A stretch of 63,793 bases of DNA, taken from Bacillota bacterium. Lineage in GTDB: Bacteria > Bacillota > Sulfobacillia > JAJZYS01 > JAJZLH01. The notes under the pieces are model-generated. The model saw nothing but the letters and a program-made list of their open reading frames with translations. It did not search any database and was not told the DNA's origin. The position numbers and the translations under genes were made by a program. Position 1 is the first letter of the stretch, and each line of letters begins with the position of its first letter. Location of the stretch: NCBI GenBank assembly GCA_021803575.1, contig JAJZLH010000005.1, positions 1-63,793 on the forward strand. Reading direction: 5' to 3'. Of the stretch, positions 1 through 8,084 are shown one piece after another.

Positions 1-1100
1 CCTTGGCCGAAGACACGACGGAGAACCAGGCGTCAGGGTGCTCTGGCGCGGCATGCGAACCCTCGTCACCATCACCCAAACATGGGAGCTCTTTCGCCCA
101 CCACCGACTTATGGGTAATGATCAGGTGTACTATGGCCCTGACCTGCCTTTGTCCCTATGTAAGTATAGAATGCGCTCTCGCTGCATACTGGCCCACCCA
201 GTGATACCGCGTTCCGCTTGCGCCATGCAGGTCAATCCTGCACCGGCTCTCCCAACCGAGCCATCTCCTGGTCCACGTCTCCTCATGTTTCCCAGGAACC
301 AGGTGCTATTCACCGGCATCAGCCGCGTTTCCCACTGCAGATGAATCCCATTGGACAAGCGCATCCAGGACTTTGCACTCTGCCCTAGTGAGAGAATCGC
401 GGGGGGGATCCTACCAGCCCACGCACCAGCCTCGCTTGGTGCCAACAAACCACACTCCTCACGGCCTCGCAGACTGCAGACGCGGGATTCTTGCGAGCCA
501 CCCCATTTACCTTGTTGGGCCAACGGGTTCGATCGATCCACAAATAACCTGGACCTGCATCAACACCTTTCCAGACCTGGGCGGACAGAAGGCTGAGAAG
601 CATGCCCAGGTCCGTACCCTTGAGATGTTGCTAGTCAGTCAATGGTGTCGATGATCACCGGTCCAGCAGCGCGGCCCGTCGACTCATCGGCTAGTCTGAT
701 CCAGAATCTTGTGAGGGCATCGTCGCGGGCGGAATGACACCTTTAGGGGGTATCAAGGGGTAACCCACATCGGACTGATAGGCACTGCCCGGTGGGGCAG
801 CGTGTGCCTTCTCGCTGGGTGTACACTATATAGACTGTTTGCAACGTTCTTGTGAATCTCTCTAGCTCATCACCACGCTGGATTCCCCTTCGGCTCTGGT
901 GAGGCCGCCATCAAGCCGTCCTGGTAGAGACAAAACATGTCATACAAGCTCGGGGCGGGGCATGACTGTGCGGGCCACAGGCTGACGGTCAAGGGACTCT
1001 GGTGTGACGACGGTCTGGGTTCGCTCATGAGCGCTGTCTCCTCGTTCGCGCAACCTCACCGGTTGGCTTCTTCGTTTACCTCACCTCCGCCAGGCTCAGC

Positions 1101-3413
1101 TTATCGATCCGTGTCGAGCGTATTACTAGACCCCGGCAATCGCGCCTTGTCGAACTCCTGGAGGCGGGCTACCTCTAAGTCATCGAGCATTACGCGATGC
1201 GCCAGCGTCACTAACTGGCTGAACCTTCTATGCATTTGGACAAACATCTCATCAGCGAGCACGTGTATTTCAGCCCCAAGAGAGTAGTCTGCCGGACGCG
1301 TTCGGGCCTCCTCTCGCACCGCTCTCCGACATATCAGTTCCGCAACAATCTCTGCTAGCAGCACCCGAAACATGGGATTGCTCTGACCAGGAAAATCGGG
1401 CTCTACGCCAACGTAACGTTTCAGGGACTTATGCAAGCCGGATATTACGATGGATCGCTTATCTCCCTCCTCTCTCCACACGGCACGAAAGTCTCCGAAG
1501 GTTTCTGCTTCAAGGCGTATCTCAAGGGGCAACCCGTAGGGCTCGTCCTTCTGCTTGACAACTATTTGAGTTGTAGCCCTGTGTAGGCCCACCTCGGCGG
1601 TAAGCTTTGCGGAGCCCCCCAGGATGAGTCCTTGTACTGTTACGAGTGCTCTGCAGTAGTTCGTTCCGGCCACCTGACTGAATTTGCTCACTTGACGCAC
1701 AGCAACTGCGCCCTTTCCGGTAGTGATTGCAACCTTGGGCACTGTTCCTTGTGCGGACCCAGCTGTAGGTACGTACAGTTCGCAAGACCTGCTTCTCGTA
1801 AGTCCTACCGTGTACTGCTTATGCCCAAACTCCAGATCCTCTTGGAACACTCTCTCGCGTACGTCTGTGGTTATGTCGACTAGGGCGTTGGCCTCGGGCA
1901 ACGCTGGAGACACAGCGGAGATCGTCAAATTCTCGGCTGGTGCGAGCCCGCAGACCCGGAATTGCGCTATGAATGTGTCCTCCCGGCTCGCGTGTCGGCG
2001 CAGGCTGAAGGACCGGGATGCCCGGACCACCGACGGGTCCGAGGTCGTGACCTCAACGTTCATGCCCTCAGTCGCACCGCTGTTCGCTGTGGCGTAGTAC
2101 GTAAAGGTTCGCTCGATGCCTACTCGGAGTGTAGCGAACGTAGGATAGATCATGGTCCCACTCTTATGCACGGCATCCGAATCTATGAAGCCACCCTGGT
2201 CATCCTCGTCACCTTCTCCAAGGTGCTCCTTTAGGAATCTCCCCGCCACTCTGGCTAGTCGGTTCAGGCGTTCCTGGGTCTCCTTCGTAGCCATTTCCGA
2301 CCGTCCCGGTGACTTGTCTCCCTCCCGACTCACGAGGTCTCGGAGAACGGATCTGGGGCGCTCCATAAGAGCCTGCGCGAAAGGGTGCCTGCGATCGAGA
2401 CCCTGGACTCTGTTGGGGTCAACGATGAGAGTCGGATTCTCGACCAAAGGCTCCACACCGGCCTCAAGTAACTCTTCATATTGGTAAAGCAGAGTGTCGA
2501 TGTATTCACACTCGAGCCGGCCCCAGAATCGACGGACCTGCGGGTTATTCTTGAGGTCATCTGCCAACAAGGAACACTCGTGAATCGCACGAGCTCCCTT
2601 GATCACGATGCCGAACTGCTCAAATCTTCTCCTTCCTTCCGGTAGCAGATCCGGTGCACGCCATATCCGCAACCGCGCCCTTGCTCCGGAATACCCTGGC
2701 ACGTCGTACGCTTCGTCGGCGACTAGCTCACCTGCTGGTGGCCGATACAATAGTGTCACGGGCTTCCCCTCCCCAAGTCGCCTCAGTCGAACCTTGGTAG
2801 GCGAAGCTTCGGACATGAGATCGCGAAGCGCGAAGTGAGAGGGAATCTCGAGCTTCAGCGTCCGCTCCTGGGGAAGAGCCACGGTCGGACGCAAGTAGAG
2901 GGTGGCTCGAGTTCCCGATTCACTTCCATCACGAGCCCAATCCTCCGGTAGCCGCGTGTCTCGCGCCTCCAGGATAAACTGTGAATGCGTCGTCAGGCGA
3001 CACCGTGAGTACTTCCCGCGACTGACGGACTCATAAACCAGATCCCCAAGGGCCGTGCAGTCCTTTGAGCCTCTCCCCATATATCCCCGATTGCCGCGCT
3101 CACTGGAGAGCCTACCCGGTTCCGCAAAGCAGCGAACCATCGCGGCGGCATCCATGCCTTCTGCGCGATCGCTGACGACGATTTCCGAGGCTCGCGCCTT
3201 CCCGCGTCTTGCGTACTCAATGAGTATATCTCCGCCATCTTGCGCCCGGCGCCTGTGCATGAACAATCTGTTGTAGGAGTCATCGGAATTTGTTATAAGC
3301 TCCACGAGCGCGTCATATACGTCGTTTACCGCATAGCCTCTTATGTGGTGGAGCATGCGCTTGGTCGGCCTCAAGTCGATGGCCTGGCCGACGGTTACTC
3401 GAAGTTCACTCAT
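1101..3413 (-). CDS. GHKL-superfamily (HATPase_c_3 / MORC-paraMORC-like) ATPase, about 770 aa, with beta-rich middle region and helical C-terminus
   Basis: Track ORF is 1101..3455. I moved the start to ATG 3413 (MSELRV), which overlaps the stop of the upstream ORF by 8 nt (ATGAGTGA). The N-terminal ~150 aa carries Bergerat-fold motifs: N-box VELITNSDDS, G1-like SDRAEGMD and G2-like GYMGRGSKD. The remainder has no motif I recognise, though two beta-rich segments look Ig-like. G+C is lower than in host genes. Confidence 0.7.
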   Translation of the reverse strand: MSELRVTVGQAIDLRPTKRMLHHIRGYAVNDVYDALVELITNSDDSYNRLFMHRRRAQDGGDILIEYARRGKARASEIVVSDRAEGMDAAAMVRCFAEPGRLSSERGNRGYMGRGSKDCTALGDLVYESVSRGKYSRCRLTTHSQFILEARDTRLPEDWARDGSESGTRATLYLRPTVALPQERTLKLEIPSHFALRDLMSEASPTKVRLRRLGEGKPVTLLYRPPAGELVADEAYDVPGYSGARARLRIWRAPDLLPEGRRRFEQFGIVIKGARAIHECSLLADDLKNNPQVRRFWGRLECEYIDTLLYQYEELLEAGVEPLVENPTLIVDPNRVQGLDRRHPFAQALMERPRSVLRDLVSREGDKSPGRSEMATKETQERLNRLARVAGRFLKEHLGEGDEDDQGGFIDSDAVHKSGTMIYPTFATLRVGIERTFTYYATANSGATEGMNVEVTTSDPSVVRASRSFSLRRHASREDTFIAQFRVCGLAPAENLTISAVSPALPEANALVDITTDVRERVFQEDLEFGHKQYTVGLTRSRSCELYVPTAGSAQGTVPKVAITTGKGAVAVRQVSKFSQVAGTNYCRALVTVQGLILGGSAKLTAEVGLHRATTQIVVKQKDEPYGLPLEIRLEAETFGDFRAVWREEGDKRSIVISGLHKSLKRYVGVEPDFPGQSNPMFRVLLAEIVAELICRRAVREEARTRPADYSLGAEIHVLADEMFVQMHRRFSQLVTLAHRVMLDDLEVARLQEFDKARLPGSSNTLDTDR

Positions 3414-4047
3414 TGCTGGTCCTCCCTTCGCAGAGAAAACGATCCCGGCAAGCATTCAAGAACGCTTTAACCTCCTCAGACTTTGCTGCTTCAGCAACGG
3501 CCAATAGTAGATCGACCTTAGTCGTCATCACTTCCCGTGGCACGTCGGGCGAGCAATTGAGAAGATCGTAGAACCTGTACGCACTGTGTCCCAATCCCCT
3601 CCCAGACAGGTACTGTCTATATAGCTCGTGTCTCTCTAACCTGCCTAGGATGCGCCGACCTTCCCGCCCCTCGTTCTCAGGAAGGGGGATCCTCGGCACC
3701 TCGCTCAGACTTTGCACACTGCTCCACACCAAGACTCCCTGACTTGTAAGCCTCCAACCATCCTTGGAGACATCGAGTGACCAGGAACCCACGACTAACG
3801 CGCCATTCCGGGGGCGCCTGGCATCCTCGAGCGCGACCTTGGCGATGTACTTATCTGGCCACTGTCTCGCGCGGTACTCCGGGAGCGACCAGGAAAATTC
3901 CGCCGGAGCTATCGCATAACACCCAGTGGCTATGTGCTCGCTCAGAACCCGTCGTGTTGCACCTCCCAGGGACCCGAGTACGTACACGACGATCTCCATA
4001 TGAGATAGTCGTTTCGGGAGTCTCGCCACTGCGTTTTCTCCTCCCAT
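3406..4047 (-). CDS. Hypothetical protein with N-terminal Mrr_N-like winged helix; partner of the GHKL ATPase
   Basis: 213-aa ORF whose stop overlaps the ATPase start. The segment VYVLGSLGGATRRVLSEHIA...GWRLTSQG resembles the Mrr_N-type wHTH pattern (from memory of the family). The C-terminal half is helical and unassigned. An alternative GTG start at 4029 lies 8-10 nt after GGAGGAG, so the true N-terminus is uncertain. Confidence 0.55.
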   Translation of the reverse strand: MGGENAVARLPKRLSHMEIVVYVLGSLGGATRRVLSEHIATGCYAIAPAEFSWSLPEYRARQWPDKYIAKVALEDARRPRNGALVVGSWSLDVSKDGWRLTSQGVLVWSSVQSLSEVPRIPLPENEGREGRRILGRLERHELYRQYLSGRGLGHSAYRFYDLLNCSPDVPREVMTTKVDLLLAVAEAAKSEEVKAFLNACRDRFLCEGRTSNE

Positions 4048-5207
4048 CTCCCACGATGAGATCTCTTCAGCGCTCCGTCAGGGAGCAAGAAATGGAAGCA
4101 CACCGCGAAGCAGGTCATCGATCGACTCGAGTTTGGCGGTCGGACTCGACTGTCTCGTCTTCGCAGCCTTCGCCGATCCTGTTTACAACTGGGTTTCCCA
4201 GAGTCCGTATTCACCCAGGCACAAGTGGATCCTGCGCCACGTCCGCGGCTGGCTCCTGTCGACCCACTGGAGGGGCGGCTGTTTGATCTCGGATCCATGG
4301 TCAAGGGTGCTCATCTGTACACCTATGGTGCGACGTGCTCAGTCCCGGCGGCCACCGAACCGCTCTGGTAAAGTTGGATGGGCGGCACCGAGCGGATTTA
4401 TACCAGTTTGGCAGACGGGCGGGACACCGAGGGTCGCGCTCAGACAGACGCTGTGTAGTGAATAGAAGTCGCGGGTAAAGGTGGGGCACACCAGTTTGGG
4501 TGGGTGGTCGTAGCAGGATGATAGCGCTGGTGGTGTTGGATGCCGTTCCACCACTCCCTCAAGCGCGGGCCTTCGGGGGTGAGCGCGTTGCGCTTTTCAC
4601 CGCAATCGGAGAACGAGGCGGCAAAGCGTACGCAATACCGCTGGCCATCGACACCTTTGAAGGCTCTGGGGCCGCGACCAGGAAGCAGGTCATCAGAAAC
4701 GCCAACTCGAACCGACGGTCCCTATAGTCTCGACTCGAGACATTTGCCCGGTAATGCCGCTCGCTATCTGCGGACTGTGGCAGCTTCGCTCTACCGGGCC
4801 CCGCGGGCCGTCACATGGAGATTCCCTGGCCACTCGAGCGGTGGGATGCTGGTCTGGGGACAGTCATCAGAACCTCTTGGCCCCGGAATGAGCACTGCTC
4901 CTCGCGGTGCGCGACCCTCGTTCCTCGAGATGACTCGAACGGTACCGTGAATCATCGGCTCCGAAGTGCGGACACGGTGGGGCCAAGTGTCGGCCAGTTG
5001 GACACCTTCCTGTTGTCGGCCCGCGGAAAGCATCGGTCTCCCAGAGCCACATCGCCTAAGTCACAGTAACCGTGTTAGCTATCCACGGTCTCAAGTTGCA
5101 GGCAATCGTCTCACTTCTTGACCAGGACAAGCTTGGTGTGCCTATCATGGCTGGCTAGGTAGCAGCCGGACACGGGCTCCGCATGGCTTGTGAGAGGGGG
5201 TGACACT

Positions 5208-5423
5208 ATGAAGGTTGCAATCAAGACCTTATCTGTTCAGATGGACATAAAGAACAACGGCGTAGAGTTCGCTATATCTGAAACGAAGAACAAGAAGGAC
5301 AAGCACCTGGGTGACCTCTATGTGACCAGGGCGAACCTCATCTGGTGCGAGGGCAAGACCACCAAGGATAACGGGAAGAAGGTCTCGTGGGAAAAGTTCC
5401 GAGCCTGGATGCTGGAGCAGTAA
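5208..5423 (+). CDS. Small Lys-rich hypothetical protein (71 aa)
   Basis: ATG 5208 is preceded by GAGAGGGGG (5192..5200). This is the lowest-GC stretch of the window, about 42% in the one 60-nt line I counted. The sequence MKVAIKTLSVQMDIKNNGVEF... has no family I recognise. Confidence 0.45.
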   Translation: MKVAIKTLSVQMDIKNNGVEFAISETKNKKDKHLGDLYVTRANLIWCEGKTTKDNGKKVSWEKFRAWMLEQ

Positions 5424-5622
5424 CGAGTCGCCGCCGCCGCATGCACTGACAGTCAACAGGCCCCGGTCAAGTGGTCCAGCGTCACGGCTGCGGCCATGGG
5501 AGTTTATTCGACGCTGTTCATTGACTGATCCGGTTCCTACTCCAAGTTCCACCGCGAGTCTTCCCGTGCCCGTTGGACCTTTGCAATGCCCTTCCCAGCC
5601 TCACCTCAGGTATAGGTTTGGC

Positions 5623-6735
5623 TCACGTCTTGATCCGTAGAGCCTCGGCGACTGCTGCCGTTGCCGCAAGCACCTCCTGGTTTCGGGCGTTCGGCGTCGT
5701 CTTGCCAGGGCTAATGAATCCGGTTTCGCTCCAGAGGCGCGCAGCCGGTGAGAAGTCTATCCTTTCTAGGGCGCGCGCATAACTGAGCAGGCTGCGATCA
5801 GACCCGTCCTCACGCAGTCTGATCCAGAAAGCGCCAGCCAAAGCCCTCAACGTAGTGGATGAGAACAAGATACTGCGGCTTCGCAGAGCATCTACTGATG
5901 TGCCATTTCTGGCCCTGGTAAATTCCGGGCGCGCTTCCGCCAATGTTCCGAAGAGTTGCACTCCGCGCTCGTAGATGGCATCCTCGCTGTACTGGGCTGC
6001 GTTGCGCACACGGCCGGTAGGCCCAACTTGAAGTCGTTTCAGAGATTCCCACACGGATCCTAAGGTGTACCACTTGTCGCTGCCGGCGGCGACCCGACTT
6101 GACTCTAGTTCAACCACTCCCTTGAGGAACGGGTGGTCAGCCGCTAAGCGTTGAGCAGCGCGGGCAAATGGATCTCGGGAGTCGAACCGCACATTGAGCG
6201 CCTTGGCAACCACCTTGGGTGTGGCGTTCATGTCACTAAACATCTGGCGGCGCTTAGACACATCAGGCTCTACATAGACGACGATGGCGGTGTGATCTTG
6301 ACTTAGCTTCGGGTCCTCCTCAATCGCCTCATTCAGCCCTTTCCGGCGATGCTGACCATCGAGGGAGCGTAGGTTCGTCCCTAATGGAATGGTCAATAGA
6401 CCAAGACTCTCCTCTTGGCCAGTCGGTTCAAAGTAGCAGTCCCGATCGACTGCATAGATGATGGCACCGAGGCAATAGTCGGAGGGGTTTTCCACCAAGT
6501 ATCGGGCGATGTCGTGGGCGTGCCTAGGGTCCAGTTGACGCTGAGACCTCTCATCCGGTGGATCCATGTTTACGGTAAAAAAGTTATTCAACACGCTGTT
6601 CTCTACTAGGAGATGATACATGACCCGATCACCCTGGACGCCCCGAAGCGCCGGAAACGTGAGACCCGTCTTGACACTCACCACGCACCACCAACCTTCC
6701 TCGAGCCGTCGTGGCTCTGACCCGAATCCTACCAT
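5623..6735 (-). CDS. DGQHR-domain protein (DndB-like, ParB/Srx superfamily)
   Basis: The literal DGQHR motif is present (LRSLDGQHRRKGL). An upstream QR motif (ERSQRQLDPRHAHDIARYL) and an N-terminal FPALRGVQGDRVMY are typical of DndB-like proteins. The start may instead be GTG 6681 or 6678, about 10 nt after GAGGAAGG. Confidence 0.8.
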   Translation of the reverse strand: MVGFGSEPRRLEEGWWCVVSVKTGLTFPALRGVQGDRVMYHLLVENSVLNNFFTVNMDPPDERSQRQLDPRHAHDIARYLVENPSDYCLGAIIYAVDRDCYFEPTGQEESLGLLTIPLGTNLRSLDGQHRRKGLNEAIEEDPKLSQDHTAIVVYVEPDVSKRRQMFSDMNATPKVVAKALNVRFDSRDPFARAAQRLAADHPFLKGVVELESSRVAAGSDKWYTLGSVWESLKRLQVGPTGRVRNAAQYSEDAIYERGVQLFGTLAEARPEFTRARNGTSVDALRSRSILFSSTTLRALAGAFWIRLREDGSDRSLLSYARALERIDFSPAARLWSETGFISPGKTTPNARNQEVLAATAAVAEALRIKT

Positions 6736-7284
6736 AACGTTATCGTATCTGTAAAGTTTTTCTTTTTATCTTTCCGCGCACCGGCCCTCCCGCTCCCCGC
6801 TCGTCGGCTGGAGCCGTTGACACGGCCGACTTCTCGGCGTCACCTCTGAACCCCCGAGTGAAGAGCGCCCGGTACCCCTAGACAGACGATATGACATCCA
6901 CCGGAAGATCGTCTCGGTGGGCGAGCTGAAGGGTGCTGTGTGCAGCACCACGCTGCCCTTAGGCAACGAGAGCCGGAGCCGTCGCGATCCTCGATCAATC
7001 CCCACTGCAGGCGGGGCGGAGCCCCAAACATGAGACAGACCAAAGGGCCAGGCAACAGGCTCCTCTCGACGAGTCGTGGCGGTTAAATCGAGCCGGCTGG
7101 TCGCAGGCGAGATCAGCCGCCAAGGTGGTCTCTGCGTCCCAACTTTGGCCAGGTGTGGCCTCTCTGGTGGCTTGCGCAGACTTGTGGTCGGCGACCTACC
7201 GCCACACCGCTCGATCCCCAGAGGCCTCATCTGCGGGCTCGCTGGCAGGCAGGGTGCCACAGTGCGCCGCGGCTGCTGGCCGAG

Positions 7285-7767
7285 ATGCGCGTCAAGGGTT
7301 ACACAGGCGATCTCACCACCATCAAGGATGGGGTGTCTCAGATGCGCGGCCGACTCTGCCTGCCACACCGCCCACGGACTCCCAGAGGCGTTGCCTGGTT
7401 GCTGATCGCGAGGACAGAGCTGCTCCGCCTCGACGAACAAAGACGGCCGAAGTCGATCTTGGGGCACAATGAGCAGCTCCACCAACTATACGACCTCGCC
7501 CAGGAGTCCTGGTCGTTGGTCCGCGACCAGCGGGCCGATCTTCCGGACGACGGCATGGCCAGGGCCCGAGCCTGCCCGCTGCCCCCGGTGAGAGCCTTCG
7601 TTGCCGGTCTGGAGCTGGCCCTCGCGGCGGTCAGAGCCGGACTGTCCCTGCCCTGGCGCCAGGGTCCAGTGGAGGGTGTCATCCGTTGTCCGAAGCCGGT
7701 CAAGCGCCAGAGCTGTGACCGCGTATCGATCGCCCATGTGCGCATCGGCCTGCTCACCGGCGCCTGA
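7285..7767 (+). pseudogene. ISL3-family transposase C-terminal fragment (decayed)
   Basis: Three segments follow the order of the C-terminal third of ISL3 transposases as I recall the family consensus: MRVKGYTGDLTTIKDGVSQMR, then RGVAWLLIAR...LRLDEQ, then VRAFVAGLELALAAVRAGLSLPWRQGPVEGVIRCPKPVKRQ. The usual KRQMYGRA tail is degenerate here and there is no DDE core upstream. This segment has higher G+C than the surrounding island. Confidence 0.6.
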
Positions 7768-8013
7768 TCCACAACAGGCGCAGACGCGCCCGAGCAATCC
7801 CTGACTGCCATCATCAAATGTGCGCGAGAACACGTAACCTGACGGAAGTCGCCGGACGAAGAGCATAGTTCCACCCCTGCGGTGGAGAGAGCACCGAAGC
7901 CCTGGTAAGGTGGAGGTGCTCAGATCCGATCAGATGACAGTATGGGAGATCAGGGAGATGCGGGCGAAGGAGATGACGGTTAGGGACATCGTCCCGGAGT
8001 GGTAACCGACAAT

Positions 8014-8062
8014 CAAAAGTAGGCCACTGAGAAGGGTGATCGCCAAGCAAAAGTAGGCCACT
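8014..8062. repeat. Perfect 15-bp direct repeat CAAAAGTAGGCCACT x2 with a 19-bp spacer
   Basis: Copies lie at 8014..8028 and 8048..8062, read directly from the sequence. They sit just downstream of the Type IIG gene stop. Confidence 0.9.
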
Positions 8063-8084
8063 CCGAGCCCGCTCCGAAGCGTAC

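Noticed and set aside
1-1100. ORFs 3..344, 131..541, 351..596, 373..654 and 937..1287, plus a hairpin at about 785..800 (CTGCCC-GGTG-GGGCAG)
   Set aside because: No ORF has a recognisable motif, an RBS or coherent composition. I also looked for a tRNA-Val 3'-end repeat (att) and group II intron domain V-like sequence and found neither. The region is left unannotated and may be decayed sequence or the GHKL operon 3' UTR.
4050-5190. About 1.1 kb without a call, including a start-less open frame on the minus strand (about 4440..4715, ...FKGVDGQRYCVRFAASFSDCGEKRNALTPEGPRLREWWNG...)
   Set aside because: There is no start codon, no family I can name, and several overlapping short ORFs of similar quality. 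It may be a gene remnant, but the sequence alone does not support a feature.
6766-7485. 239-aa minus-strand ORF and plus-strand ORFs 7076..7405 and 7125..7472
   Set aside because: They lie in the high-GC IS debris and their translations are Arg/Pro/Ser low complexity. The only frame with family-like sequence is the ISL3 C-terminal fragment.
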